Shown in pieces: positions 35,824-46,023 of a DNA stretch of 64,000 nt. Below the pieces are notes generated by a model. That model had not been told where the DNA came from and ran no database searches. It saw only the letters and a program-made list of their open reading frames with translations. The position numbers and the translations under genes are program-made. Position 1 is the stretch's first letter. Each line of letters starts with the position of its first letter. This stretch comes from Candidatus Saccharimonadales bacterium (GTDB lineage: Bacteria > Patescibacteriota > Saccharimonadia > Saccharimonadales > UBA4665), in the NCBI GenBank assembly GCA_036276195.1, contig DATBED010000042.1, positions 1,044 through 65,043 on the forward strand, given 5' to 3'.

Positions 35824-37123
35824 ATCGAATCTAAAAAAGGCCACCCGGATTTACAAAAACCAGGGCTTGCGTGGATTAGGCCGCAAAAGTAAGAGTGCAG
35901 CTCAATTACGTTTGAGTAAGCTTAGTCACAAACTAAAAGCCGAAGCCGAAACCTATGATCAAAAAAACCTGCGCGAAGAGTATGGCTTTGTATCAAATGA
36001 GCTCTTTCAAATCACCAGCAAAGATATTGAGCACAGCAAAGTGGCAACTAGCGGCTCTAACCCTAAAGAAATCAAGACAGCCACCTGGTTTGTGCCATAC
36101 TACGACCACTTTGGTTTTAATGGCATTCAAACCATTTTTCGCTTTATTGAAAAACTTAGCCAGGAGGGTGTACGCAATCGCATAGTTATTTACGATTATC
36201 CGCCTATGGACACGGCTAAATTGGAGCGTGAAATGCTGAGTTACTTTCCCAAGATCAAAAACTACGAAATCATTGTATTTGGCGACGATAAAGAAAAGGC
36301 TTTAGCAGCATTACCGCCGAGCGACATAGCCTTTTGTACTATCTGGGTGTCGGCCTATCTGCTGTTGCGCTACAACAAAGCCAAGTGCAAGTACTATTTT
36401 ATTCAAGATTATGAGCCGCTGTTTTATGTAGCCGGCTCTACCTATGCCTTGGCAGAATCGACCTATCGTTTTGGCTTTACTGGTATTGTAAACACGCCCG
36501 GTCTTCTGGCGGCGGTGAATCAAAGGCACGGCCTTGAGGGTGTCAGCTTTATCCCGGCTGTGAACGCCGCGCTGTATTACGAAGAGCCTGGTCGTAAACC
36601 TAACCAAAAAGTGCGTATCTTTTTTTACGCTCGGCCTTACAATCCGCGCAACTCATTCAATCTGGGCATGGTTACGATTCAACACCTGCTTGATCGTTAC
36701 AGCGATAAAATTGAGATAATCACCGCCGGCGCAGAATGGAATGAGGCCGAGTACGGCCTCAAGGGCCGCATTAATAACATGGGTTTGATTAAATCTTTAG
36801 ATGAAGTGGCTGCTTTGTATCGTACTTGCGACATCGGCTTTGCTTACATGCTGAACAAACACACCACCTATCAAATGATGGAGTACAGCGCTTCAGGTAT
36901 GGCTACGGTCATGAACGAAAATGAAGATCATCACTGGCTGCATAAAGACGGCATCAATTGCCTGCTGGCCGAACCGTCGCCGTCTGCCATGGCTGAAAAG
37001 ATTGGTCTGTTGGTGGACGACCCGACGCTGCGACGCAAGCTGGTCAAAAATGCTCAAAAAGAGCTGGGTTATTCGTGGGACCAGCAAACCGAATCCATCT
37101 GGAACTATATAAAAAACCAGTAA
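35816..37123 (+). CDS. GT-B glycosyltransferase, WsaF-like rhamnosyltransferase candidate
   Basis: 435 aa. FFYARPYNPRNSFNLGM and the C-terminal GT-B region resemble the WsaF family. Assignment is from memory. Confidence 0.5.
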   Translation: MAESNLKKATRIYKNQGLRGLGRKSKSAAQLRLSKLSHKLKAEAETYDQKNLREEYGFVSNELFQITSKDIEHSKVATSGSNPKEIKTATWFVPYYDHFGFNGIQTIFRFIEKLSQEGVRNRIVIYDYPPMDTAKLEREMLSYFPKIKNYEIIVFGDDKEKALAALPPSDIAFCTIWVSAYLLLRYNKAKCKYYFIQDYEPLFYVAGSTYALAESTYRFGFTGIVNTPGLLAAVNQRHGLEGVSFIPAVNAALYYEEPGRKPNQKVRIFFYARPYNPRNSFNLGMVTIQHLLDRYSDKIEIITAGAEWNEAEYGLKGRINNMGLIKSLDEVAALYRTCDIGFAYMLNKHTTYQMMEYSASGMATVMNENEDHHWLHKDGINCLLAEPSPSAMAEKIGLLVDDPTLRRKLVKNAQKELGYSWDQQTESIWNYIKNQ

Positions 37124-37133
37124 CCAACCCAAT

Positions 37134-39548
37134 TTAATTGTCGTAGGTGTAGCCCGAGGGCATAGCCGTAAAGAAGTCGGGACTGACATCTATAATCTTG
37201 GCTGATGTACCACCCAGGTTTACGAAGGCATTGTAAGAAGCAATGTAGTGTGAAGCGCCACCGGTGCCGTAGTAAACACCTCCAGTGGCTTTGTTGCGGA
37301 CAAACTGGCCAAGGGGTGTGATCCTGTTTGTCCCATACAAAGAGCCGGGATCTATAGAAGTGGCTGCTTGGCTAGTGGTATTGATGCCCCACTGACTGGC
37401 AGCGACTGAGCCAATACTCACAATCGTTTTGCTGGTTACATAACCAAGACTACCCCCCGACTTTATCCATCGCGTCAGCGTTCCGGCCGATGGGTAGCCC
37501 GTGCTCAACACATTTGGGTTGAGGTTGGAACGAATAGCGCCCCAGTCTATGCCAAAATCATTGGCCATGTCTACAGAAGGAACGTATAGGCTAGCATTGT
37601 TGTTTGCAATGTACAGTGCATTACCATTAAGCACTGTGTACGGTGCGCCGTCACGCAACACATCTGCACCTGCTGGAACTGTGGCTATAGAATCGGCATT
37701 AAGGTTGAGAGTGTTACCAGGATTAATACCCAGACCGTAGTAGTCGTCAGGGCTTGGTACATAACGTAGTGTATGTGATTGCAGCTGGTAAGCATTGCCT
37801 TGGCTGTATATATTGTGCTGCTCGGCCGAATTGGGCAGGCCACTCAGTCCGTTGGCAGACAACGATTCAAAACTGCTAGTGTACCAGTTAGCAGGATCTG
37901 CACTTATGTTTACTTTGCGACCACTGTCAATCAAATAATAGTTATTGTTAGTATCTTCTACCCATATAGATAGAGTACTGGCTGATGTGGGCAAGCTTTG
38001 ATCGGTGCTCGATGATGGAGGTACAATTATCGCCTGATTGCCCCAAGCCTGGTAAACTGACCAACTAGGCACAGTATGATAACTTTGGCCGTCAAAGTAG
38101 TACATACTAGAGTTGTTGAAATCAATGAAGTTAGGTAGACTGATTTGCAATGAGCCCAGCGGTTGTGTAGCGTTCAAGTCGGCCTGTACTATAGGCACCG
38201 ACTGATTCGGAGAATAACCAGCTGCCCTCATGTCTGCGGTCGTGGCGAACGGCTCCCTGCTGCCATTTTGCATAAGGTAGTATTGACCATTTACTTGCAT
38301 GAGAGGCTGATCACTACCGCCATTGGTTAAGCCCTGGTCAAAATAGGTGTTATTGAGGTTGGTTACATCGCCCGGCGTGTTACCCAGACAGTCTAAGCCC
38401 CACTGAGTGCAGTATTGACTCCATGCATACCGGGTACCGTGATCAACAAGAAAAAGGCTCTGAGTATTACTATCCCAAACCAACGTTTTTAGAACTCCTC
38501 CATTGGCATAGCCTTGTAGGGCGCTATCGTCCATAGGGATAATCGGGTAGCCGTTAAGGTTGTAGGCTAGTAGTGTAGACCAGCTCATAACTGCGTAACG
38601 GGTATTATTCGTAAGGCTCACAAAGTATATTTGGCCAGTTTGGTTATCGACCGCCAGCAGTGAGCCTAGCGGCTCTGGGTAGCTGGTGCTTCCGAACCAC
38701 TGATCGAACACTGTATCGAAACTTTGGTTTCCAGAAAGGTGCGGCGTGTACCAATAAAGCGCCGCAGTGGCGCCATTATCCATATGTACTGACGTGCCGT
38801 CGATTGTTGTATAGCCATCGTAGAAAGTGGAGGGCCCGCCCGGACATATTTTGAATGTGCCTTGCGTCATTGGACCACCGTAGCATGTTTGCGGGTCGTC
38901 AGAATTATTCCAGTTACCCTTAACAACTTCCCAGTTAATATTGCCTTGAGAGCGTTGCTCGCCAAACTTAAACAGCCAAGCCGCTCTAATGACTTGCTGT
39001 GAAAAGCCAGCTTTAGAGGCTGAGTTTACGCAAGTAGATCCAGCAGTTGTTACCATCACTCCGTTACGCTCATATAAATTTACATTTGAATAACTGTATT
39101 TGGTGCCGCTATCGGGACAGCCATAACCCGCAGCAGCAGCGTACTGATTCTGGTTGCTGGCATTGCAAATACCGCTTCCACCTGTTACGAGGCTTTGCTC
39201 TTTCTGAAGAGTTACAAGCAAAACTTGGGGGTTAAGTCCGTAGGCATTAGCCGCGTCGTATATTACCTGTCCGGCAGTAGTAAAATTGCCGTAGCCAAAT
39301 CCACCCGAAGGAGAGTAGCTATTAGGGTCAATAGCCTGAAAACCGCTGTTAGGACTAATACAGCTACCAGAAAAATTGTTGAGGAAATTATTAATTTGTA
39401 GTGCGCTCATAGAGCCGGCGTTATCAAAGATGCCATCATCAATGACATCATTCGGATTGAAAGTTGCAGCTGACACCTTGTAGCCCGGAAGATTTAGCAG
39501 GACAGCACCTACTATTGACAAGATCAAGATTCTAAGAAGTTTTTTCAT
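37134..39548 (-). CDS. large secreted protein, possible lysozyme/transglycosylase-like N-domain
   Basis: 804 aa with a signal peptide (MKKLLRILILSIVGAVLLNLPGYKVSA). NPQVLLVTLQKEQSLV resembles an SLT-type E-x-S segment. The rest is unrecognised beta-rich sequence. Confidence 0.4.
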   Translation of the reverse strand: MKKLLRILILSIVGAVLLNLPGYKVSAATFNPNDVIDDGIFDNAGSMSALQINNFLNNFSGSCISPNSGFQAIDPNSYSPSGGFGYGNFTTAGQVIYDAANAYGLNPQVLLVTLQKEQSLVTGGSGICNASNQNQYAAAAGYGCPDSGTKYSYSNVNLYERNGVMVTTAGSTCVNSASKAGFSQQVIRAAWLFKFGEQRSQGNINWEVVKGNWNNSDDPQTCYGGPMTQGTFKICPGGPSTFYDGYTTIDGTSVHMDNGATAALYWYTPHLSGNQSFDTVFDQWFGSTSYPEPLGSLLAVDNQTGQIYFVSLTNNTRYAVMSWSTLLAYNLNGYPIIPMDDSALQGYANGGVLKTLVWDSNTQSLFLVDHGTRYAWSQYCTQWGLDCLGNTPGDVTNLNNTYFDQGLTNGGSDQPLMQVNGQYYLMQNGSREPFATTADMRAAGYSPNQSVPIVQADLNATQPLGSLQISLPNFIDFNNSSMYYFDGQSYHTVPSWSVYQAWGNQAIIVPPSSSTDQSLPTSASTLSIWVEDTNNNYYLIDSGRKVNISADPANWYTSSFESLSANGLSGLPNSAEQHNIYSQGNAYQLQSHTLRYVPSPDDYYGLGINPGNTLNLNADSIATVPAGADVLRDGAPYTVLNGNALYIANNNASLYVPSVDMANDFGIDWGAIRSNLNPNVLSTGYPSAGTLTRWIKSGGSLGYVTSKTIVSIGSVAASQWGINTTSQAATSIDPGSLYGTNRITPLGQFVRNKATGGVYYGTGGASHYIASYNAFVNLGGTSAKIIDVSPDFFTAMPSGYTYDN

Positions 39549-40105
39549 GGTGAGACAACCAACTCCATTACATCACTAGCACTTTGAGTTTGGTAGCCAA
39601 GCGTTGCGGTGGCTTTAACTTGCCATGATCCGGTAGTTAGGCCGATATTTTGTAATGTCCAGGACCAATAAGTTGAACCGCCACTATCAGTGACTTGGGC
39701 TGGCAGGGATTTCTGAACGCCATCTTTAGTGAAAAAGACCTGACAGGTAGCACCTGGTGTAGTATTGCAAACAGACACAATACTGTTAGGTGCTGGCAAG
39801 TCACTAAGATTGGGATGATGATTACTCACGAAGCCGCCAGAAGGCTGCACAAGAGGAGAGCTAACAGTAGAATTGCTCTTGGCGCCGCTACTTGGAGCGA
39901 TAGAAAGAGGGGAATTACCTTTGCTACTTCCACTCGAACTCTGGTCGCCCTTGGTGTATTGATTTGCCGACCGTGGGGTCACTTGCTTTTGTAACACAAA
40001 GTGGTCAAGCACAACGGAGCCGATTACTAACAATATAACCAGCGCAGCTCCTACAGCACGTAGCTTCTTTAGTCGTTTTTGATAAAGTGATGATTTTGAT
40101 GCCAT
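39545..40105 (-). CDS. membrane-anchored hypothetical protein
   Basis: 186 aa with an N-terminal TM, a Ser-rich linker and a small C-terminal beta domain. There is a 4-nt overlap with the downstream gene. Confidence 0.4.
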   Translation of the reverse strand: MASKSSLYQKRLKKLRAVGAALVILLVIGSVVLDHFVLQKQVTPRSANQYTKGDQSSSGSSKGNSPLSIAPSSGAKSNSTVSSPLVQPSGGFVSNHHPNLSDLPAPNSIVSVCNTTPGATCQVFFTKDGVQKSLPAQVTDSGGSTYWSWTLQNIGLTTGSWQVKATATLGYQTQSASDVMELVVSP

Positions 40106-40179
40106 TCTATATTTATTTTAACAATACAATACGATCAACTGTTACTAAGTTTACCACAATTCCTTACTTAAATTAAGCG

Positions 40180-42420
40180 TCAAAACAGATCAACGAAGGA
40201 ATTCCAAGAAGATGGCATGGGTGTTTTTAGATATGCCAGACCGACCAATAGCCACCCAAAGATAAATAGAAACAGTCCAATGTATATATGCGGAGGGAGA
40301 TAGTTAAAGTCTAATGTATGGCTGCCGCTCGGAACTTCTACAGCTTGAAATAACGAGCCATTTTTCTTAACTGATAGAGGAAGGCTACCTGACTTTACGC
40401 TCCAGCCAGGACTGTATAGTTCGCGGCGCAAAAGCTGTCCAGACCGAGAACACTCTAACGTGACCCGCGCCTTCCCGTCGGAGCTGACGATATTACAGGC
40501 ACCTCCAGTAACGGCAAAGTACGGCTGCGGGCTAGGCAGCTGATAAATAGTTGCAGCAGCACTAGTAAAAACAGATTTAAGACCCACTGTTTGAATCTCT
40601 GATGGCGTAAGAGTGCTAGGGAATGTTACCAAATACTTTACGCCTACATATTCGTAGGAGCTCAAGTTTTTTAAAAAAACATCCTTTGGGCTTAGGCTCC
40701 CAGGTGAGGGGGGGTCAACGCCGGAAAAGGCTGCTGGGTTAGCAGCAGGATCCAGGTACTTGGTCATATAGTTTGTCCAATTCTTGGACAGGGGTAGATT
40801 ATTAGTGTCTATCGAAGCAATTCCGTAGTATGAGCCATAATTCGGCTGGATCGGGCCGAGGCTAAACATGCGGTATGACTCCAAATGTGTTTGCAAAAAG
40901 GATACCGGAGCTGTGTCAACTTGAGTCCTACTAGGGGCAGATAATTGAGGGAAGATAAACATCAGCATAACATCAGCAACTATAATTGCCGAGCACACTA
41001 ACCTACGATATTTGTAGTGTCTTAATATTGAAGCAGCAATTAACGCTACGCTTCCAAGGCTCCAAACCAACGAAACTATCATATATAGACGATGATGAGG
41101 GGCAGCGACTAGTAAGTGCTCCTGTTTAGAAGCGATTACGGCTAGGATTACACAAATCATTACCAGTAAAGCACAAACAATGTATATTTGCCGGTTGATA
41201 CTTCTTTTAGCTTGCGTCACTCTCTCAAAACCAAAAGCTGCCAGCATAATAGCGGCAAATTCAAGGGCCGGTTCCACGTAACGGTAAATAGCGACCTTTG
41301 ACATACCTGGAATCAAATTCAGTATGTACGAGATACCAGGAAAGCCATATACTCGAGCTGCTAGTATAGCGATCCAGATAAGTAAGCTGACTTTTAGCAC
41401 ACGTCTATGTTTTCCAAAAACGCTCATGCCGCCAAAGAATAGTAAACACAGAGTTATATACCCGCCTACATTTCCCCAAATAATCGGCAAATGACCAGTA
41501 GGATCATAGCGAGCTATGCCGTAAATAGGCCCGTAAATGTAAGGAAATACCAACATGGGCAGACTCAGGTACGGCAATGCTGTATTAGAAAGCCCGGCGT
41601 GATCGCCAATGAATGCATTATGTAAGTAACCTATAAAAGCAATTAGTATCGGCGCAGCTAACAATAGGCCCACGAAGCCACCAGCCAGCACCTTAAGCAT
41701 AAGTTTGCGCCAGACACTATGACGAAGCTGAATTAGACGGGCAAGCAGCCATAGGCCGGCAAGTATACCGTCTAGATAGGCCTCCTCGGGAAACCCTGCA
41801 TACAATGAGAGCGCTAGAGCCAAGGCAAGTAACAGCCATCCCCTTTTTTGTTGATTCACAGCCTTGTCGTAAGCAATTTCTATGCCTAGTATCAGGAGCG
41901 GCAAAAAAGCAATTGGGTTAAAATTGGGGCTTCCAAACCAGGCGAAGGCTCCGTTTAGACCGAACGCAATACCGAATACTGTACTGGTTACTTTTCGGAG
42001 CCCGAGCTTTCTTAGAAGATAATAGGTTGCTACGCCAGCGATAACCTCCAGGATTATATGAAAGTAGAGCAAACCATTGCTTAGCTCTAAAATAAGCGTC
42101 AGCGGAAACAGGGCGGCCGATTGCATGTCACCGGCCAGCGGCGCTCCAACTTGTTCATTGTAATTCCACCATGGCATGTGACCATGGAGGATTTGTGTGG
42201 CCGCCGCATGACCCAGTGCTTGTGTCGTAGTGCCGTCGTTCGGATCTATGGTATCTTGCCCTTGCACTAACTGAGAGGAAGAAACCGCCAAACCAGACTG
42301 GGTATTAATGGGGTTAGGGTTAGTAAGGTGAGCTAAGTATAAACTGTTAGCTAGAAAAATAGCTGCAACAACTATGAGGGGCCCAGTAAGTCGATTGCTC
42401 ATTAATCTCTTCATTATCAA
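40180..42420 (-). CDS. YfhO-family polytopic membrane glycosyltransferase candidate
   Basis: 746 aa with more than 12 TM segments plus a C-terminal soluble domain. HGHMPWWNYNEQVGAPLAGDMQSAALFP matches the remembered YfhO N-loop pattern. Confidence 0.6.
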   Translation of the reverse strand: MIMKRLMSNRLTGPLIVVAAIFLANSLYLAHLTNPNPINTQSGLAVSSSQLVQGQDTIDPNDGTTTQALGHAAATQILHGHMPWWNYNEQVGAPLAGDMQSAALFPLTLILELSNGLLYFHIILEVIAGVATYYLLRKLGLRKVTSTVFGIAFGLNGAFAWFGSPNFNPIAFLPLLILGIEIAYDKAVNQQKRGWLLLALALALSLYAGFPEEAYLDGILAGLWLLARLIQLRHSVWRKLMLKVLAGGFVGLLLAAPILIAFIGYLHNAFIGDHAGLSNTALPYLSLPMLVFPYIYGPIYGIARYDPTGHLPIIWGNVGGYITLCLLFFGGMSVFGKHRRVLKVSLLIWIAILAARVYGFPGISYILNLIPGMSKVAIYRYVEPALEFAAIMLAAFGFERVTQAKRSINRQIYIVCALLVMICVILAVIASKQEHLLVAAPHHRLYMIVSLVWSLGSVALIAASILRHYKYRRLVCSAIIVADVMLMFIFPQLSAPSRTQVDTAPVSFLQTHLESYRMFSLGPIQPNYGSYYGIASIDTNNLPLSKNWTNYMTKYLDPAANPAAFSGVDPPSPGSLSPKDVFLKNLSSYEYVGVKYLVTFPSTLTPSEIQTVGLKSVFTSAAATIYQLPSPQPYFAVTGGACNIVSSDGKARVTLECSRSGQLLRRELYSPGWSVKSGSLPLSVKKNGSLFQAVEVPSGSHTLDFNYLPPHIYIGLFLFIFGWLLVGLAYLKTPMPSSWNSFVDLF

Positions 42421-42535
42421 ATTAAGTGTAGCTTAACCCATTAATATATACAGAATTGATTTTTTGTTGGTTGTCTGCTCATGTGCGGACGGCGGTTTGG
42501 TTTTACATAAAACCTCACGTAAACTTAATTTTAAT

Positions 42536-44794
42536 ATGGAGATAAAAAAAGTTGTTAAAAGATTTAAGGAGCCACTTCTAGTCCTTCTGGTAGTGATCAT
42601 TGCCAACAGCTTGTTCCTGACAGGACTATTTAAAAGCAATCCTATTGATCAATTTTCAGGGTCAGTGACCTACACTCATGTTGGGCTCTATGGTGTATAT
42701 AGCACGATTGACCCTAACAATGCCTACACGACCCAGGCACTCGGACATGAGGGAGTCAGTGATATACTTCACGGCCACATGCCATGGTGGAATTACAATG
42801 AGCAAGTTGGGGCACCGCTGGCTGGCGACATGCAATCTGCTGCGTTATTTTTACCTTTCAATTTATTGCTAGCCTTGTCTAGCGGCGTGTTGTTTTTTCA
42901 TATGGCCCTGGAAATAGTAGCCGGTATATCCACCTACTACTTGTTAAAAAAACTTAGGTGTTCTGAGGCAGCCTCAATTGTAGGGGGTAGTCTCTTTGCT
43001 TTGAACGGTACTTTTGCGTGGTTCGGATCCGCAAACGTTAACCCAATAGCATTTTTGCCGCTCCTGATACTAGGCATAGAAATCGCGCTGGAGAAGTCAA
43101 AAAAATCACAAAAGGGAGGCTGGGGAATAATTGCCATAGCATTAGCCTTGTCGCTTTACGCTGGCTTCCCGGAGGCAGCATATCTAGACGGAATACTCGC
43201 TGGCGTATGGTTCATTGTTAGAGCCTTGCAAAACAGAAATACTGACTGGCTTATATTTACAAAAAAAGTATTTGCAGGACTTTTTACCGGTCTGCTACTT
43301 GCTGCCCCAATTTTAATAGCCTTTGCAGATTATTTACCTTTCGCAAATATAGGGGGTCACTCTGGAGCCCTCTCAAGATATTTTCTACCCGCATCAACTT
43401 TACCCGCTTTAGTAATGCCATACATTTACGGCCCAATTTTTCAGTTTGGTTCTTATGACCATACGCAGACGCTATTGGCATTTTGGGACAACATCGGGGG
43501 ATATATAACGTTGCCGTTAGTATTTTTAGCACTTATCGGCACCGTTTTCCATGACCGTAAAAACCGTGCTCTAGTATATGCACTGGCCGCGTTCTCTGTA
43601 GTGGTAGTGGCTAGGAATTATGGCGTGCCCGGGATGGCCACACTGATTAATCTAATACCAGAAATGCACAGAGTTGCGTTCTATCGGTACGTTAATCCAA
43701 CACTAGAACTCGCGGTAGTAGTACTTGCGATGCTTGGACTTGATACCCTGTTGGGATCTCGTAAAAAGCCGAGCGATAAAAAACTAATATCAGTAGGCGC
43801 CGTAGTGCTGCTGGTGGTCATATGTCTTTTGCCGTTGGCGATCGGCGTAGATCATAATCTTTATCTTGCACCTCATCACCGTCTGTTTTTAGCAGCATCT
43901 GTTGCCTGGAGTATAGGCACCATAATGGCTATGCTCCTTACTATTTTATATTTTAAAAAGTATGCAAAATACTTACTACCAATAATAATACTAGTCGATG
44001 CCCTAGTAATGTTTATTGCACCTCAATTGTCGGCCCCTAGGTCGACCGTACTTGACCTAAAGCCCGTGAGTTACCTACAAAAGAACCTTGGAAACTCTAG
44101 GTTTTATAGCATAGGTTACATAATGCCAAACTACGGATCGTACTACGGTATCGCCTCGATTAATACTAATAATGTACCGATAGCCGAAAGCTGGTCAGTT
44201 TATGTAAATAAACACCTCAACCCTAACGTTAACCCCTCCCAGGAGTTCACAGGTATAGACAAGCAGGATCCAAACGGCATTACCCCCGTTCAGGCATTTT
44301 TCGCTAATCTCAAGAGCTACGAACAAATTGGAGTGAAATACGTAGTTATCCGAAACGGACTGTTAACTACGTACAAGCCCAGTTCGTATTCATTGAATCT
44401 GGTGTATAGCGACAGCAACTTCCAGATTTATCAGTTGCCAAATACTAAGGCTTACTTCCAGGCACAAGACATCGGCTGCAGTATATATAGTTCCAGTCGT
44501 GAGAGTTTAATAGCGTCTTGCTCTAAGCCAGCTACGCTGGTGAGGCAGGAACTATACATGCCTGGCTGGACAGCTAATGTTAATAGTAAGCCCGTTAGTA
44601 TTCATAAAAGCGGTGAACTATTTGAATCATTAGATCTACCATCTGGCCAGTCTAAAATAGAGTTCCACTACACGCCACCCAATATCGTCTTAGCGTATCT
44701 AGCCTTTATATTAGGCGTAGGCTTATTGCTTGCCTCGGCAGCTACCAAAGCAGGCTTAATCTCTAGATTGCATCCTAAGCCGCGGAACAAGTAA
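42536..44794 (+). CDS. YfhO-family paralogue, divergent from 40180..42420
   Basis: It has the same architecture and shares the long identical block HGHMPWWNYNEQVGAPLAGDMQSAALF plus FLPLLILGIEIA. ATG 42536 (MEIKKVVKRF) is preferred over the track start at 42464. Confidence 0.6.
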   Translation: MEIKKVVKRFKEPLLVLLVVIIANSLFLTGLFKSNPIDQFSGSVTYTHVGLYGVYSTIDPNNAYTTQALGHEGVSDILHGHMPWWNYNEQVGAPLAGDMQSAALFLPFNLLLALSSGVLFFHMALEIVAGISTYYLLKKLRCSEAASIVGGSLFALNGTFAWFGSANVNPIAFLPLLILGIEIALEKSKKSQKGGWGIIAIALALSLYAGFPEAAYLDGILAGVWFIVRALQNRNTDWLIFTKKVFAGLFTGLLLAAPILIAFADYLPFANIGGHSGALSRYFLPASTLPALVMPYIYGPIFQFGSYDHTQTLLAFWDNIGGYITLPLVFLALIGTVFHDRKNRALVYALAAFSVVVVARNYGVPGMATLINLIPEMHRVAFYRYVNPTLELAVVVLAMLGLDTLLGSRKKPSDKKLISVGAVVLLVVICLLPLAIGVDHNLYLAPHHRLFLAASVAWSIGTIMAMLLTILYFKKYAKYLLPIIILVDALVMFIAPQLSAPRSTVLDLKPVSYLQKNLGNSRFYSIGYIMPNYGSYYGIASINTNNVPIAESWSVYVNKHLNPNVNPSQEFTGIDKQDPNGITPVQAFFANLKSYEQIGVKYVVIRNGLLTTYKPSSYSLNLVYSDSNFQIYQLPNTKAYFQAQDIGCSIYSSSRESLIASCSKPATLVRQELYMPGWTANVNSKPVSIHKSGELFESLDLPSGQSKIEFHYTPPNIVLAYLAFILGVGLLLASAATKAGLISRLHPKPRNK

Positions 44795-45487
44795 AAGGTT
44801 TTTGATGATAGTCGATCTAGGAAGTTTTGATTTTCCGTGCTTGCGGTCGTGAAATACAATCGGTACTTGATATACAGAATCGGCTTGCTTTAAGGCCCGA
44901 AATTTTAGATCAATTAAAAATCCATAACCCGTATTCCCAATAGTTTTGGGATCTATACGCAGCAGCAGCGCTTTAGAGAACATGTTGAATCCCCCGGTGT
45001 AATCAGAAATTTTGCTACCTAGAACCAGACGAGTATAAAAATTTCCGCCTCTGCTTTGGAGTCTTCTCCAGAGCGACCAGTCCGGTGTGCCGCCACCCTC
45101 CACGTAGCGTGAACCAATCACCAAGTCATGCTTACTTGCCGCCTTAACGAATGCAGGTAAGTACTTAGGGTTGTGAGACAAATCGGCATCCATCTGTAAA
45201 ATGTAATCCGGTTGAGTTTTAAGAATTTCGTTAAAGCCGGCAATATAGGCGCGCCCGAACCCGTCTTTCGCTTTTCTGGAAAGAAGGGTGACTTTAAAAT
45301 TCTCGGTTCGATATTTTTTTTGATACTTACTAACCACGGTAGACGTTCCATCTGGTGAGCTGTCGTCTACCACCAATAAGACGGCTTGCAGATCTTTCAG
45401 ATTATGCAAATAGCCGTGGATCTTATCAATCAGAGTGCCAATATTAGCTGCCTCGTTATAGGTGGGTATTACTATGCCAATTTTCAC
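44756..45487 (-). CDS. GT2 polyprenyl-phosphate glycosyltransferase (Ppm1/CsbB/GtrB-like)
   Basis: 243 aa. MKIGIVIPTYNEAANIGTLI...VVDDSSPDGT. It makes a 39-nt convergent overlap with the YfhO paralogue. Confidence 0.8.
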   Translation of the reverse strand: MKIGIVIPTYNEAANIGTLIDKIHGYLHNLKDLQAVLLVVDDSSPDGTSTVVSKYQKKYRTENFKVTLLSRKAKDGFGRAYIAGFNEILKTQPDYILQMDADLSHNPKYLPAFVKAASKHDLVIGSRYVEGGGTPDWSLWRRLQSRGGNFYTRLVLGSKISDYTGGFNMFSKALLLRIDPKTIGNTGYGFLIDLKFRALKQADSVYQVPIVFHDRKHGKSKLPRSTIIKNLLLVPRLRMQSRD

Positions 45488-45528
45488 GTTATCAAGGTCT
45501 ATCCTGTAAAATACTTAGACAAGTAATT

Positions 45529-46023
45529 ATGATTAATAAACTATGGGAACACAAGAAAATTCGGTTTCTTTGCGTCGGCTCTTTTAATAGTATAACTGAT
45601 CTTTTGATACTTAACGCCCTAGTTTTTATAGTTGGAACACCTGTATGGGTAGCTAATGCAATTTCTGTAAGCTTTGGCATAACTTTGTCTTATTTTCTGA
45701 ATCACTTCATTGTATTTAGACATCACCACTCCCCTAATTTTAAGTCATTCGCTAAATTCTTGCTGGCGACAGGCATTAGTGTAATAGCCTTGCAGACAGC
45801 AATTATCTATTTAGTTAGGCCCGCATACAAAGCACTTATTCAGCACACACACACAGCAGCTCTCATACACTTAGAAACTAAATTATCACTAAATCTGGCT
45901 AAAATTACAGCTATTTTTATTGGCATGGGCTGGAATTATATGTTTTATTCCCATGTTATATTTGCCAAAAGACCTCCAAGTCAGGCTGACAACGAAGTAC
46001 GAGACATAACGAACTTGGTTTAA
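45529..46023 (+). CDS. GtrA-family membrane protein
   Basis: 164 aa with 4 TM segments. [21 protein letters not shown] is the GtrA N-motif. Confidence 0.7.
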   Translation: MINKLWEHKKIRFLCVGSFNSITDLLILNALVFIVGTPVWVANAISVSFGITLSYFLNHFIVFRHHHSPNFKSFAKFLLATGISVIALQTAIIYLVRPAYKALIQHTHTAALIHLETKLSLNLAKITAIFIGMGWNYMFYSHVIFAKRPPSQADNEVRDITNLV

